NCBI GenBank assembly: GCA_002104905.1
Contig: MCFE01000564.1
Span: forward strand, 1-57,505
Length of the DNA stretch: 57,505 bases
Origin: Basidiobolus meristosporus CBS 931.73
Lineage: Eukaryota > Fungi > Basidiobolomycota
Direction of reading: 5' to 3'
Under the pieces are notes generated by a model that was not told the DNA's origin, did not search any database, and saw only the letters and a list, made by a program, of their open reading frames with translations. Made by a program: the position numbers and the translations under genes. Shown in pieces: positions 24,040 to 35,723 of the stretch (the first letter of the stretch is position 1; each line of letters opens with the position of its first letter).

Positions 24040-27000
24040 GGGATACAAGGGATGTGATGTGATGGAATGGGATGGGAAGAGTGAATGGTAAGCCAAGGCT
24101 GCGAGGTCCTCGAATGTCCATTTATACCTTTGCCACTAGGGCCTAACACAAGGTGACGAGATACCGCATGATCAATGATTGGATCATCATACAAAAGGGA
24201 AATTTCCCAAATTAAGCTGAGCTACACGAAGCCTTATTGAAGTCATCATCAATACTGGAAATCTAATTAGAAGTAGGCTCCATTTGTTGATTTTTTCTGT
24301 ACAATCTTTTAATTCTATAGACTTTGATATATCACTTTACAGGAATGAAAGAAACTTGCCGTATGAGGGCGATACAATTGGTGCAGAGGATGGGCACAAA
24401 CAGGTGCTCACTGAGAAGGCATCTCTGCTCCACTAACATCCAGGATGACATGCCTGACGAGCTCGAGTTTCAGAAGTACGATAGCCCGACAATGCTAGAA
24501 TCGATCAATTACATGGGCATTCATGGAGGGCAAGGGATCAAGCATGATGGTTGAGCATCAGATTCCCTGATATTCCGCTATGTCGTAGGAAACACTGTTG
24601 TAAAGGAGTGGTGCACATCTATGCTGGCCTGGCTACTCGCTCAATCAAAATACATGGATTACGATATCTGCGATCAACCGCCCAAGGGAGGGGAGGCTAA
24701 GTCAAGTAAGGCTTTTACTGATGTTATGGAACTCAGACAAAAATTACCTTATGATGTCAACCTTTCATGGCATGAGTTAGATCTGAAAAGATGCAACGAA
24801 TGCACGAGACTGTTGGGCAACTTGTTCGAACTTTCATCCATATGCATTGAGGATTCATCGCAAGGCAACAGCAACATCTCGATAATAATAGCTATGATGA
24901 GTGTTGCTTTCCCTTAGCCGTGATGAGGGTGGCCGAATGGGTGCAATCGTAACAAACGTAGGGTTAACCAAACAAGATGTCCAGGTGTTCGGCTGGTGCA
25001 GGGGGCGCATAGGTAAATTTAGCCAGTAGAGTCTTACTTGCCATTCTCAAACATGATTTGGTACCAAAACGCCCCAAGTCGATTTTCATTTGATGCATTC
25101 TCCTCGTCGACTCATTCCAAGCCTGAACTGGTCTGGAATACGCAGCGCTATTGATAGGATTATTGTTCTCTGTCACACATGTACCTACTATTGATTTCCC
25201 TTTTTCAATTGTGGCCATAAAACCGGTATACGAGCACTTCCTGAAAACCTGAGACGCCGAACAGCTCAAGGATTTCCAATCGGATACATAACGTCAAACT
25301 ACGGCTTCCGTAGCTTTGATTAGAGATCTAGAATGCAAATTCGATGATGACCGACCATCAGAGCCGCAGGTTCCTGAAGATATCCAGCGTCCTCATGTTT
25401 ACCTGCTGTTCTAGGTCACCATTGATCTGGCCCGATAATTTGCGGTCATGATACAGAGGTAAAACTAGGTACTATATTAAACAGAATAGAAACCAGTCTC
25501 TGGACGCATCGGGCTGGATGCTCATCATGGCCTAATGAGTCTATTATGTTGGTGTTTGTAAAGAAGCATTGAAGTTGGCCAGACTGGTTGGAGGCTTGTA
25601 GCTGCTGCTTGGCTCATTTCCCCTCACTGCACATAGACCAGCCTACGTCTATCGGAGTGCCACACGATGCCGCGTCATGGGTGAGCATACCATAAGCCCC
25701 GAGCCGGCCTCTTTTCGCTGGACGTGGGCCGGTGCGCTGCAGCATGGCTAGATACCATCAGCATAGGCCTTCAGTTGCAGTCATAAAGAGTAGACGACGA
25801 TGGGGACAGACTATGCATCAGTCTGACATCTTGTGTGCTTCATGTGATCTGTACGGACGAATCGCAAGATGACAGACAATTGTACATTGAGCGAAATATT
25901 TCACCATCCCAAAGTAAAAATATCAAACAAATGATTCGACTGCAGGAGATTTGGAGTTACTGAAAATAGAAACAGATAAAGAATCCTTAAATCACCCACA
26001 TTCCGTTAATTGTTGTCTCATCAACAAACACAGATATGGATTGCCTGATAGAATCATTGCGCGGGACTGAACCACGATAGCTAGTGCGGGAAATGGTCGT
26101 TTGGGACATCCCGATGCCGGAATAGGGAAGCCGCCCCAAAACCTGCTTCTTTTTCAGTGAGACTGCGCCTATGGCTCGCGCTTTCTGCTACGGCTGCTTC
26201 ATACCTGGCGGATTCTTCACTTCCTGTGCAGACGGCAAGGCTTCATTCGTTGCGCCCGTTTCGACTGGATGGAGCATGATGGATGAACTGCATGCCCGCT
26301 GGAATTGATCGATATCGGTTCGCTTGTAACATGCTTGCGTGAATGGAATGCCCATGCGCAATTATTAGATTCGCCAAATCCATCGCGAAACCGGATGTGT
26401 GCCCAAACAATCGAGCCGTCAATCTAGGTTGAGTGGGGTGATTCGAATTGGTGCTTGATAATTGGTAACACACCTGGAGAGATCGGGTTGCTCTGATGAT
26501 GTCGTTGGTTCGAGTCCGCCCTCGGTGCTCCCAGGATCTCTGGGATCCGAGCTTCGTAGTCGGCTCATGGAATGAGTCAAAAACCCTACTCGAGTGAAGG
26601 GCTTCCCCCCACGACTACTCTAGAGGTGTCTGGAATGTAAGTCCCAAGTGAAAAGCCAGGTGAAACAGCAAGGTTGAGTAGCAACACAATTCAGCACGTA
26701 AGACTGAAAGTTTCTCCTGAACCTGCTCGTGTGTGGTGGAAAGCCTGTCATGTCCACGGAGGGAGTTGTTCACCAATGTCATACGACGAAGGCATTTCGT
26801 TTCACTGCTGCTATTTGGAGATCTAGTGATAATCATCATGCGAAAACAACAATGAAGGAGAAAGCGCATATACAATTGGATTAAGGGATGCCAGACAGCG
26901 CTATTCACGGTGGTTTCATAGGCAAATCGTCAGGCTCACTGGTTACCTTATGCTGCTCAAGATCTCTGTATGACGGAACATGGTTTCAAGATGATTGTGG

Positions 27001-29245
27001 GACGGTGCAACTCTAGATTAAACCTGAGCAGGTCTACGATGCAGAGTTTTCAAACTCCATCAACCTGGCTTTCATAAGCGCACTTCATTTTGCTAGTTAG
27101 CTCGAGCCCATCTAAACGAGGCTTGTTACACTGAGGCAGCACGTGGTTATGATTGCTGGCCTGTCACCTCCTTTAGCGCGGACGCTCAATAGATGGCCCG
27201 GGAAATGAGCGGACGCCGGAGCTTCAAGAAGAGTTGATGATGGAACGAAGCCAACATTGAGAATGGACACAGATCGCTGGTAATGGAATTTCCGGAGTTC
27301 ATTAGCGAGGTTTGATTTACCATTGAATGATGGAAGCCGCTTCCCTCCAATAAAGCCAAGCAATGAGCCAGCCCTAGCCCTGGCCCTGGCGAATGGCTGC
27401 TTAGTGAAAATCCCTAACCCGAAAGAGTCCCAAATTATACCCGTTTGGTGTTGGTTTAAACTGAATACTCCAATCCCTATCCCATTCCGGGATAAGGATT
27501 TGGGAGTCAGCCAATCATTCCTTCGTGATGTTTTTATACTGATTTCAGTATCTGTTATTCATCTCTGGATCCAGCCACTGCTCAAGGCACACCCAGGGAC
27601 ATTCCATTAGAAAGCCATATTCCTGAGATGATCTGTTCTTGGCCCCTTCGTGGGGGAGATTTCTTGGTATGCTCTGCTCTATACGTCCCAGCCCTAAGAA
27701 TGGGGACAAATCGAGTCGCGAATATCATTGGGATTTGAGAATTAACGATGCATGAATACCTTGGCAATTCCTGAGCTGTCCGTTTGCATCCAAGTCTCCA
27801 TTCAGCAGACAAGAGAGCTACATATGAGCTTCAAAAGCACCCTTTAGCAATACCCTGTATGGCAGGAAGGGAAACACTCTTTTAGCAAATACTTTCCATC
27901 AGAGGACCAGGTATTGGGGGTATCAACTGATGAGGTTCCATTGACCACTGGTGATGAGGTAATGTGGGGTCCAAAAGCACCCAATAATAAACCAGTTCAT
28001 TAATGCATCTCAGATGTAAAATATCGCCAATACAGTAATGGACTGTAAAGCGAAAACTGATCACGATGTTGCAGGGTGAGCAGTTTGGAGCCAGAATGAC
28101 CTTCTGAATGGACGCTGAATCATCCTTAAGTTACGCGCAAAGTATACGATTCTTGGCCATTCTCCATGGTACCCTCCCCTTTTCATGTACAGCGTGTACA
28201 TTATATACACTACAAGCAATGTATCATTGCATTTCTGGATAACGTGATACATCAAGCGTAAATCTCAGTGCCAGCAAGAAACCAACTTGTTCACTAAATC
28301 GCTGATTTTGATCAGTTCGTAGCTTAATTTGATACAACAATGGGGAGTATGTGCGAGGGGCAAATTAATGTCACAGCCATCAAAATCAGCCATGACATCA
28401 GTGATTTTGCCGAGGGTAGGTCTAGACTCTGGCTAGCTGGTCGCTGCAATGTTATATTTGGCAAAATCCAGCTTAGAATCACGTTGTGGAGCTCACCATC
28501 ATGCCACCTGAATTATGCTTCTAGTATTCGCTCTGCTCTTGAAACTAGACACAGCAATACTTGGTCAACCTAGTTTTAGGTGGACATTGGAGTAGGCACG
28601 AAATGTCCTAGATTGTGTGTTAACTCCAGACCTAAAGTCTGATTATTGGTAGAGTTCTGATTAGATGTGATTTCAATGCAAATGAAGACCCCACTCAATC
28701 TCCGCATGTTATTAATGACCACTTCGCATTAGGTGGAAGGATCCAAGGCATTTGTTTCACATGTTCAACCTTTTGAGGAGTAGCTCTAGCTTTCAAAGCT
28801 TAATTTGGGATATCTTGCCAATGTCATCATTCATGCATCCTGAAGGCTTGGGGATTTCTTTACCCAAGCACAAGGAAACCCCAATGTGAGCATATGATTC
28901 AATCCCTCTGATGCTGAGATACAAACAAGCTTTGCAACATCAAGTGGCGTATAGCGGCTGTTCGAGTGCTTTGAGGCGATCGATAAGGATTCGTCTGGCT
29001 GTGACACATCGACAACAGCCCTGAAGGGCTGTGCGATACTGTTCATTTGTGGTTTGCGAGACTCATGAGAATCAGGGTATTCTAGGAAGGTGAATCTTTT
29101 ATTATTGAAGTTTCAAAACTGCCTTCTCGAGAATTTCAAGCATGAAATCATCCTGAGAAGTTATGACTGTACATACGATGCGGTATTCAATTCACTGTTT
29201 CCATGGACCCAAAGCCGATGCAGACAACCCCGTGCTTGCGCGTGC

Positions 29246-29950
29246 CTAGGTTGAGAAGTGGACCTTGTAGTGGCGGCGCAAGTTGGACAATACCGAGAAC
29301 TTCTTGTTGCAACCTAGCATATCACAGGCGTAGGGCTTTTCTCCCGTATGCGAGAGGATGTGGATTTTCAGTGAGCTGGGCCTGGTGAATCGCTTCTGAC
29401 ATACACCACATATATGCCTTTTGTTTCTCACCCCAACATTTCGTGAATGCACCTGAGAAGGCAGCTTGAAAAAATGGACCCGTTCCTCGAAGCAGCCCTC
29501 CTCCGAAGTGTCTGTTTGTGGACGGGGAGTGTGCATGTGGCTGTTGAGCAAGGATCCAAGAGGCCTCTCCGTAAGAGACTCGTGATGTAGCGTGTGTTGT
29601 GTTACGGTGAGTAGGTTTCGGATCCCCGGTAGCCTCCTCTGGCTCTCCAATTCATATGAGCCGGATGCGGCTGATGCTGAGAAAGCGGACCAGTGCTTTC
29701 TGGAATATGGGCTGTGAGGGTCTATCGGAGGGAGTTTCAAATCTTGCGATGGCTCGCTTATGGGTGAGCTGTAACGGTTCTCGCTGTGGCACCTTCCAGG
29801 GTGGTGAACAAACTGCTCAGGAAACGAATGATACAAGCGTGAGTAGCTGTCATCGTGATGGTCTGATAATGCAAGCATTCGTTGGGATGTGTTGATTGTG
29901 GCGAAGGCATTTGGCAGAAGAGCAGTGCAAGATGTGACGCTCGATTCCAT
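29246..29950 (-). CDS. C2H2 zinc-finger transcription factor with two C-terminal fingers; first in-frame ATG at 29950
   Basis: CGVCQKRFTRPSSLKIHILSH-TGEKPY-ACDMLGCNKKFSVLSNLRRHYKVH; AT-rich TATA-like element (TATTTATAA) about 55 nt upstream on the minus strand. Confidence 0.88.
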   Translation of the reverse strand: MESSVTSCTALLPNAFATINTSQRMLALSDHHDDSYSRLYHSFPEQFVHHPGRCHSENRYSSPISEPSQDLKLPPIDPHSPYSRKHWSAFSASAASGSYELESQRRLPGIRNLLTVTQHTLHHESLTERPLGSLLNSHMHTPRPQTDTSEEGCFEERVHFFKLPSQVHSRNVGVRNKRHICGVCQKRFTRPSSLKIHILSHTGEKPYACDMLGCNKKFSVLSNLRRHYKVHFST

Positions 29951-31736
29951 GCTTACTTTTGTCGACAGACTCGATTTGCTTGAGTGGGAAAACAAGGCCG
30001 TCTGCTTATAAATAACCCCAGATGAATCCCCTCCTCATGGGCCTCCATCTCCCATTGTCTCGTTGTGTGATTCATCTTTCTTTTTTTGCACACTTTAGTA
30101 AATTATTCTCACCAGTTTCATACTTGCCTTCGTTTCTAGGATCACCACAATCTATTTTAATTTGAGCGTGGACTTGATGTAGAAAATCAATATGAAAATG
30201 AAGGAACTACTTGAATTTTGCCTTCTTGGGTGGGAGTTGCTCTGCTGATTAATTTAGCAAGCCTACGCTCAAGCACCAATCTTTTCTTATTTGGCATTTG
30301 CGGCATGAAATTGAATCATATTAGGATTCAAAATTGGAGTTATTGCCCATCTTTCACATTTTGAGTTCAGCAACAGTAGAGCCAAACTCCCAAGACATAG
30401 CCCTCCAAGCGTACCCATCTCGAAACATATTTGACCCCATGCTTGGTGCTCTGCAGATTAATACGCGTACAGTTATCTCCCGGCTCAATTTCCGAACAAT
30501 CAGTAGCCAACACAATGAAAATCCTTCCATTTGGCGATTTTCATCTGCCTCCTCCATTTGGTCGTCTGGACAATGCGGATCACCTGCCTAGGCGGTCTGG
30601 CCGAACGCACCTTAGCTTCTACAAATAAACACAGCAGCAGGCCAAGGCTGGTGTGGATCTGTTCCCAGTGGCGGACGTGTTGAGCGGCATAAGGCCATTG
30701 GGGCCTCTGGCAATTGACAATCAGACTCAACCCAGGCGACATGTGTGAGGAAGGTCTCCAACAAATAAGCTTGGGATGATCATCGGTTCCATGCGGATCA
30801 AGATATTAGTCAATGCATTCCAAGAATTACAACTATACCGTATGTGAATTAGTGGACAAGAGGACTCCGGTGCATGTGCCATAAACCAAAGCTAATGCAA
30901 CAGGTTACTGGCAAAGGCTACGACAAGCCCCTGATTCTGCCGGAATTTACGATTCCCTCGATACGGCCAGCAACCCGCTGGCCAACAGGAAAATCCCTGG
31001 AAAGCGGAATTGTGTGGATTCCGAGCGTTGCCAATGCCTCCCCGTCTAGAAATGCTGGATAGTGCATGGCTGATACTTTGTTTTTATCAATGTTCTACGA
31101 ATGCGTATCTCTTGGAAGAAACATAGTGAACTTCTGCCTATTTGGGGGATACAAAGCCCATCTCAGTAAAACAGGATCCTGCATCTAATAAGTCTTACGA
31201 AGCCTGCAATTTCCATTGTTGAGCCAAATGATTGTCATTTATGACTCCCTCACTTCACCAAATTGGCATGGGATTTCCAGGCTAGATCCGGCTGTGCTGA
31301 TTTACTAGGATCTCCTTGGACAGGATTTTTAATTTATCGAGCCGCGCGGAGTCAATCAAATGAACACCCTCCAACCATGCACGATAAACTTGGATGCACT
31401 AGTGTGCAATGAAGATGAAGATGTGCTGGAGCTATGAATATCATCCGAAACGGTCTGTTTGACAGTGGATCACTTGCGTTGCCCGATGCAATAGCCATTA
31501 CAAATAGTGACCAGCATAGCGGCCATTAGCCGTGTTCCCTCCTATGGTTTCAGCTCGTGATCATATGAGCAGATATCAACCACAACGCACGACACGCCCG
31601 GAGCAAATACTCAGCTGGTTGGGGTTGCCATTGGGCTGTCTAGGAATTGCTGATGGATGTTTCAAGTCCCAATAGATATTGTTAACAAAACCGCTATAAA
31701 TAGCCAGATACGTGCACTAAATCTGCACATCTTGCA

Positions 31737-31883
31737 ATGAAATTTCTGGGCACGGGTCATACGTCGAACACCACGACACCCATCGCCACCGTAGGCCCTC
31801 CAAATTGGAGAATCCCGGCCGAGCTCCGCAGCAGCCCCGATGATGCAATGGGCTTGGTAACTGAGGCGCATCAGCTCAAATGA
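31737..31883 (+). CDS. Putative 48-aa small ORF behind a TATAAATA box (unverified)
   Basis: TATAAATA at ~31695-31702, then ATG at 31737: MKFLGTGHTSNTTTPIATVGPPNWRIPAELRSSPDDAMGLVTEAHQLK*. No homology evidence. Confidence 0.2.
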   Translation: MKFLGTGHTSNTTTPIATVGPPNWRIPAELRSSPDDAMGLVTEAHQLK

Positions 31884-32205
31884 AATATATATCAGACTGT
31901 ATTTAGAAATGTGCTTAGAATTAGTTGATACTGGTTGATGATCGACTTGCAAAGAGTGAAGGGATCTCCGTGGGCTCTTATTCATTGTACAAAGTGGGTG
32001 TGTATCAAGAGGTAAAATCGGTGCGAAAGGTATGAAGCCTCGGGCGGGTGCCACCGAGGCCACCTGGTAAATTTATGTCTACAGGTATGTGTTAAGGGAA
32101 TGGATTAAAATGGTATTTAGGCTCGTTCGGGCGATTTTCAAATGTCGTTGGGGAGCTGCGTTGTCGGATGTGTACTGCACCTCCGTACCTGCTTGAGCGC
32201 CTGGA

Positions 32206-35200
32206 TTAAAACGTCTGATGTGGATTGCCTGGTAAGTACACGGTGGGGTTGCATGAGTAAGTGGATTCTGGACAAACCTCGTCTTGGTTGGGACAGTCAT
32301 CGGTCCAATGAGCACCGTACTCCTCGCAGTTCTCGCAAAACTAGTCACGTTGTGGTGTTAGATTAGTGGTTGGAGGGGGGCGGTCTGCTTAAAAGATAGT
32401 TACCATCTCGTCTTCGATTTCCTGATGGCTGTAGTCCTGCCCGGTGAGGGAGAATGCGGTGCAGGAGAGGATATCATGCCCTTTGCTATCGCACAGCTCG
32501 CAGAACAGCTCTTCGTCCGTTGGTGGGTATGCGGCTTCGCTGTAAGATACATCGAGATCTAGGCGTCCAAATTCGTCATCAAAGCTCGGGGCTTTGGTGT
32601 CTTCTTTGCTTTGGCTTGAGGAGCCGTTGCTTTGTGCATTCTCTAGTTTAGCTTCCAGCCGAGCGATTCTTTGTTTCAGATCGGATATTTGTTCTTCTAG
32701 TTCCGTCTCCCTGAATATCTTGCTTTCTACCAGAGACTCCAACTCCGCTATGTCCTTGGCTTGTTTATCGAGTTCGTGTTGCTTGGACAACTCTAATTCG
32801 GTTATCTTCTTTTGCATCTCACGAATCTCGGCTCGGTATTGCTGCTTCACTTCAGCAATGGCTCTGTCCTTTTCGTGAAGAGTTGTTTGGAAGTCGGCTG
32901 ACTCCTGAGAGTCATGTTCTATTACATCGGGTGGTGAAATGTCAGAGTTCGCTATGTCTGGATTCTCTAAAGATTCACTATGAAGCTTCTCCACTTCTTC
33001 CATCAGCTTCAGACACTCCGTCTCCATATGTGTGTGCATTTCTAACAGCTTCTCCTGCGCCTCTGTTAACTCGGCGTGTTCTTCTTGAAGTTTGACGTTC
33101 TCTTCCAGCGTAGCCGAATGTTCTTCTTCAAGCTCCTCAAGCCTTTTCCTTAATTGTGAGATTTCCGCGGCGTAGTCGGCATCCATGGCAGGGTTTCTGG
33201 ATGTTTCGGTCTCGGCAGGGTTTTGAGACTCTAGCTCGGCAATCTTTGATTTCAAAGTGCTCATTTCTGAATTCTTTTCTTCTATAAACACATTCAGCTG
33301 AGCGAGTTCGTCCTGAAAGTTCCATTGGATCAATAACATGGGTGATATGAAAACGATGGGCAACATATATTACCTTGTGATCTTGCAATTCACGGTCCTT
33401 TGCTTCAACCATTTCTCTAAAGGCGTCTAATTTCTGCTGGAGATTAACTCGTTGCTCAGCCCAGGTGTGTCGTTCAGCGTCAAACTGCTCGAAAAGATTG
33501 CGTATGTTTATCATTTCTGACTTCGTTTTGTCATGGCTCTCTAGAAGCTCCTCGTGGGCCTTAACGATGTTCGACTTTTCTGCTTCGAGAGAATTTACGG
33601 AGGACATCAGCTCATCGATTTGGGATAACAACCGATCCTTCTCATCATTAAAGCTTAAGCCCTCCATTCCCGATCTTTGCTTTTCGGTCAAATTGAGGAT
33701 TTCGTTGTTTTGTCTTTGAAGCTCAAGCTTGAGTTTTTGGATTTCTTCCTTCCGCTTCACGTTGCTAAGCTGATAGTTGTTGACAGCCTCCTGAAGGGAA
33801 GACGACTCCCTAGTCAGCTCTTCTTCCCTAGCTTTGGCCTTTTCAAGTTCGAGGCGCAAGGTATCGGCGTCCGACTCAAGTTGTCTACAGACACTGACCA
33901 CATTCTCTGCCTGCTCTTTGAGTGACAGGTTTTCTTTCTTTATCGACTGTAAGGTTTTTTCGTAGTGGTCGAATGCCTCGGCTCCGGCCGCCTTAAAATC
34001 ACGAAGGAGCCTTTCCTGGGATTTGATGGTCATTTCGTGCTGCTGGATCTTCTTCAGCAAACTACTGGTGCTTTCTTCATCAGTCGTAACCCCATATGTC
34101 GACTGATCAGCACTCTCCCGGTTCTTGAAGCTTTCGATTAGCTGGGATTTCTCTTTTTCAAAATCGGATTTCACGCGATCCAACCGAGCGGTCAACTTCC
34201 CGACTTCTATGCTTCTTTCTTCTAATTCAGCTTGCAATGTTTTGACCAACTCATCGCGTGAAGAATCGGCATTGCTCGAGGTTTCCAAGCGAGAGATGCG
34301 GTCTCGGAGATCCATCTCCAAAGCGCTTCTGATCTTCAGTGCTGCTTTGACGTCTTGGATGGTCGAGACCAACTTGTTCACACCAGCTTGGGTAGCATCG
34401 GGGGGATTTTCCGAAGTGGAGTCTGTACCTGAGGGTTGCTCGTTTAGTTTCAAATCACTGAATTGGGCTTTAAGACCATTCATTTCCGACTCCAGTAACT
34501 CGACCAACTGGCCATTGCTCTCCTTTTCTCTCTCCCATTCCTGCTTTTGACGACGCAAAGTCTCTATCTCCGTTTTCAGGATCCCGATCTCAGAGTTGGA
34601 CTTGGTTTGCTTGACCTCCAGCTTAAGGAACTCGTTTTCCGCCTCCAATATCTCAAGCTTGAGTTGCAATTTGTGCGGAGTATCAGTCTCGGTGTCTGCG
34701 TCATTTTCTGATTGTTGGTTTCTAGATTCAGTTCGATTCCTGCTTAGGTTATCTAGCTGCATTCCCTTGATAGGGGTGCTGGATCTTGAAGGAGTTGGTG
34801 GCGCTTTAATGGATGGAGTGGGCGAGGGCGACGGTGAGGCCGAAGAGATTGAGTGCGAAGGGGAGGCGCCATATGTGTGAGCCGACCGATGGCCTTGAAA
34901 CCCAAAGGAAGCACGTTTTTGGGTGGTGCTCATGCGGGCTGAGTTTGATTTATACAATGAGGCTGGGACACTGGCTCGCTTTACGGTTTTGTCGGTGGGC
35001 AAGCAATCCTCCGACAACTCAGAAGCCGACTCGCTAATGGGAGTGCAATGGCTAAAAGAAGTGGAGTGCACAACTCTGGAAACTTTGTGAGCCAATATAA
35101 ATAGGCCCGACTTCGGAGCACAGGTGAAATACTTGATCCTGGAGGATAACAGCCTTAGAATCTAGAACAAGCTATACTAGCAAACCGAAGTTGGTGAATT

Positions 35201-35723
35201 CTTACCCATCCACGATACCGTCGTTCTTTCCTGTACCTTGCTGATCGAGCTCAATCCCGGCCCATATTCCGGGCTTGAATTTGGTACTCCCTATAAAGCG
35301 TAGTGTGCCCAGTATTCCCATAGAATCCACCTGGATTCGGTCACCAACCTGCAGTTGGCAGGGAGATATAGGCCTTGAAGGTGGCTTAAACATGGCAGGT
35401 CCTTTGGAGGAAAGGCATGAAGCCGTAGAGCTAGTGGAAACATCCGAAGCTGAGCTACTTAAAGGTGGGGAGCTGATTCTAGGTAGTGGTGTGGGTCTGT
35501 TGGCCACTTTTGAAGCGGGTAAAGAGTATCGGTTGCTTACAGACTTAGAACGATAGAGTCCATTTGATACCTTGCTATGATTAGAAAGGGGTGTTGGTGA
35601 GAAACGACTAGTGTCTATGATAGATTCTGGATGGTGTATTTCTCGCTCGGAGGGATTGTGTTTTGCTGGAAAGCCAAAAGACTTCCTCTTGGAAATGGCT
35701 GTTGCGTTGGAAGGGTTTTGCAT
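32206..35723 (-). CDS. CLIP-170/Bik1/Tip1-family microtubule plus-end protein: CAP-Gly, long coiled coil, two CCHC zinc knuckles, C-terminal DETF; 5 exons (35723-35206, 35138-33374, 33312-32404, 32340-32278, 32214-32206)
   Basis: CAP-Gly GTLRFIG...GIWAGIEL...GKNDG-IVDG/IKYFTC...GLF across intron 1; heptad-rich middle; FCELCDSKGHDILSC and FCENCEEYGAHWTDDC knuckles; spliced end PNQDETF*. Confidence 0.92.

Noticed and set aside
26471-26528. tRNA-like segment with GGTTCGAGTCC and an AGAG/CTCT mini-stem
   Set aside because: Too short (~56 nt), no anticodon arm, and mismatches in both the T and acceptor stems.
27365-27420. GCCCTA/GCCCTG triplet and CCCTAACCC, telomere-like
   Set aside because: Only 3 degenerate units; no array.
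24300-29100. Many 60-100-aa ORFs in the long interval between the cyclin and C2H2 genes
   Set aside because: No motifs, no coherent exon chain, and lengths compatible with chance.
31662-32063. 133-aa minus-strand ORF downstream of CLIP-170
   Set aside because: Non-ATG start, no recognisable motif, and probably in the CLIP-170 3' flank.
33465-35556. Plus-strand ORFs overlapping CLIP-170, and similar antisense ORFs over the homeobox, ilvE, TPT, FMP32 and CYT1 genes
   Set aside because: Shadow frames of real genes with biased codon usage.
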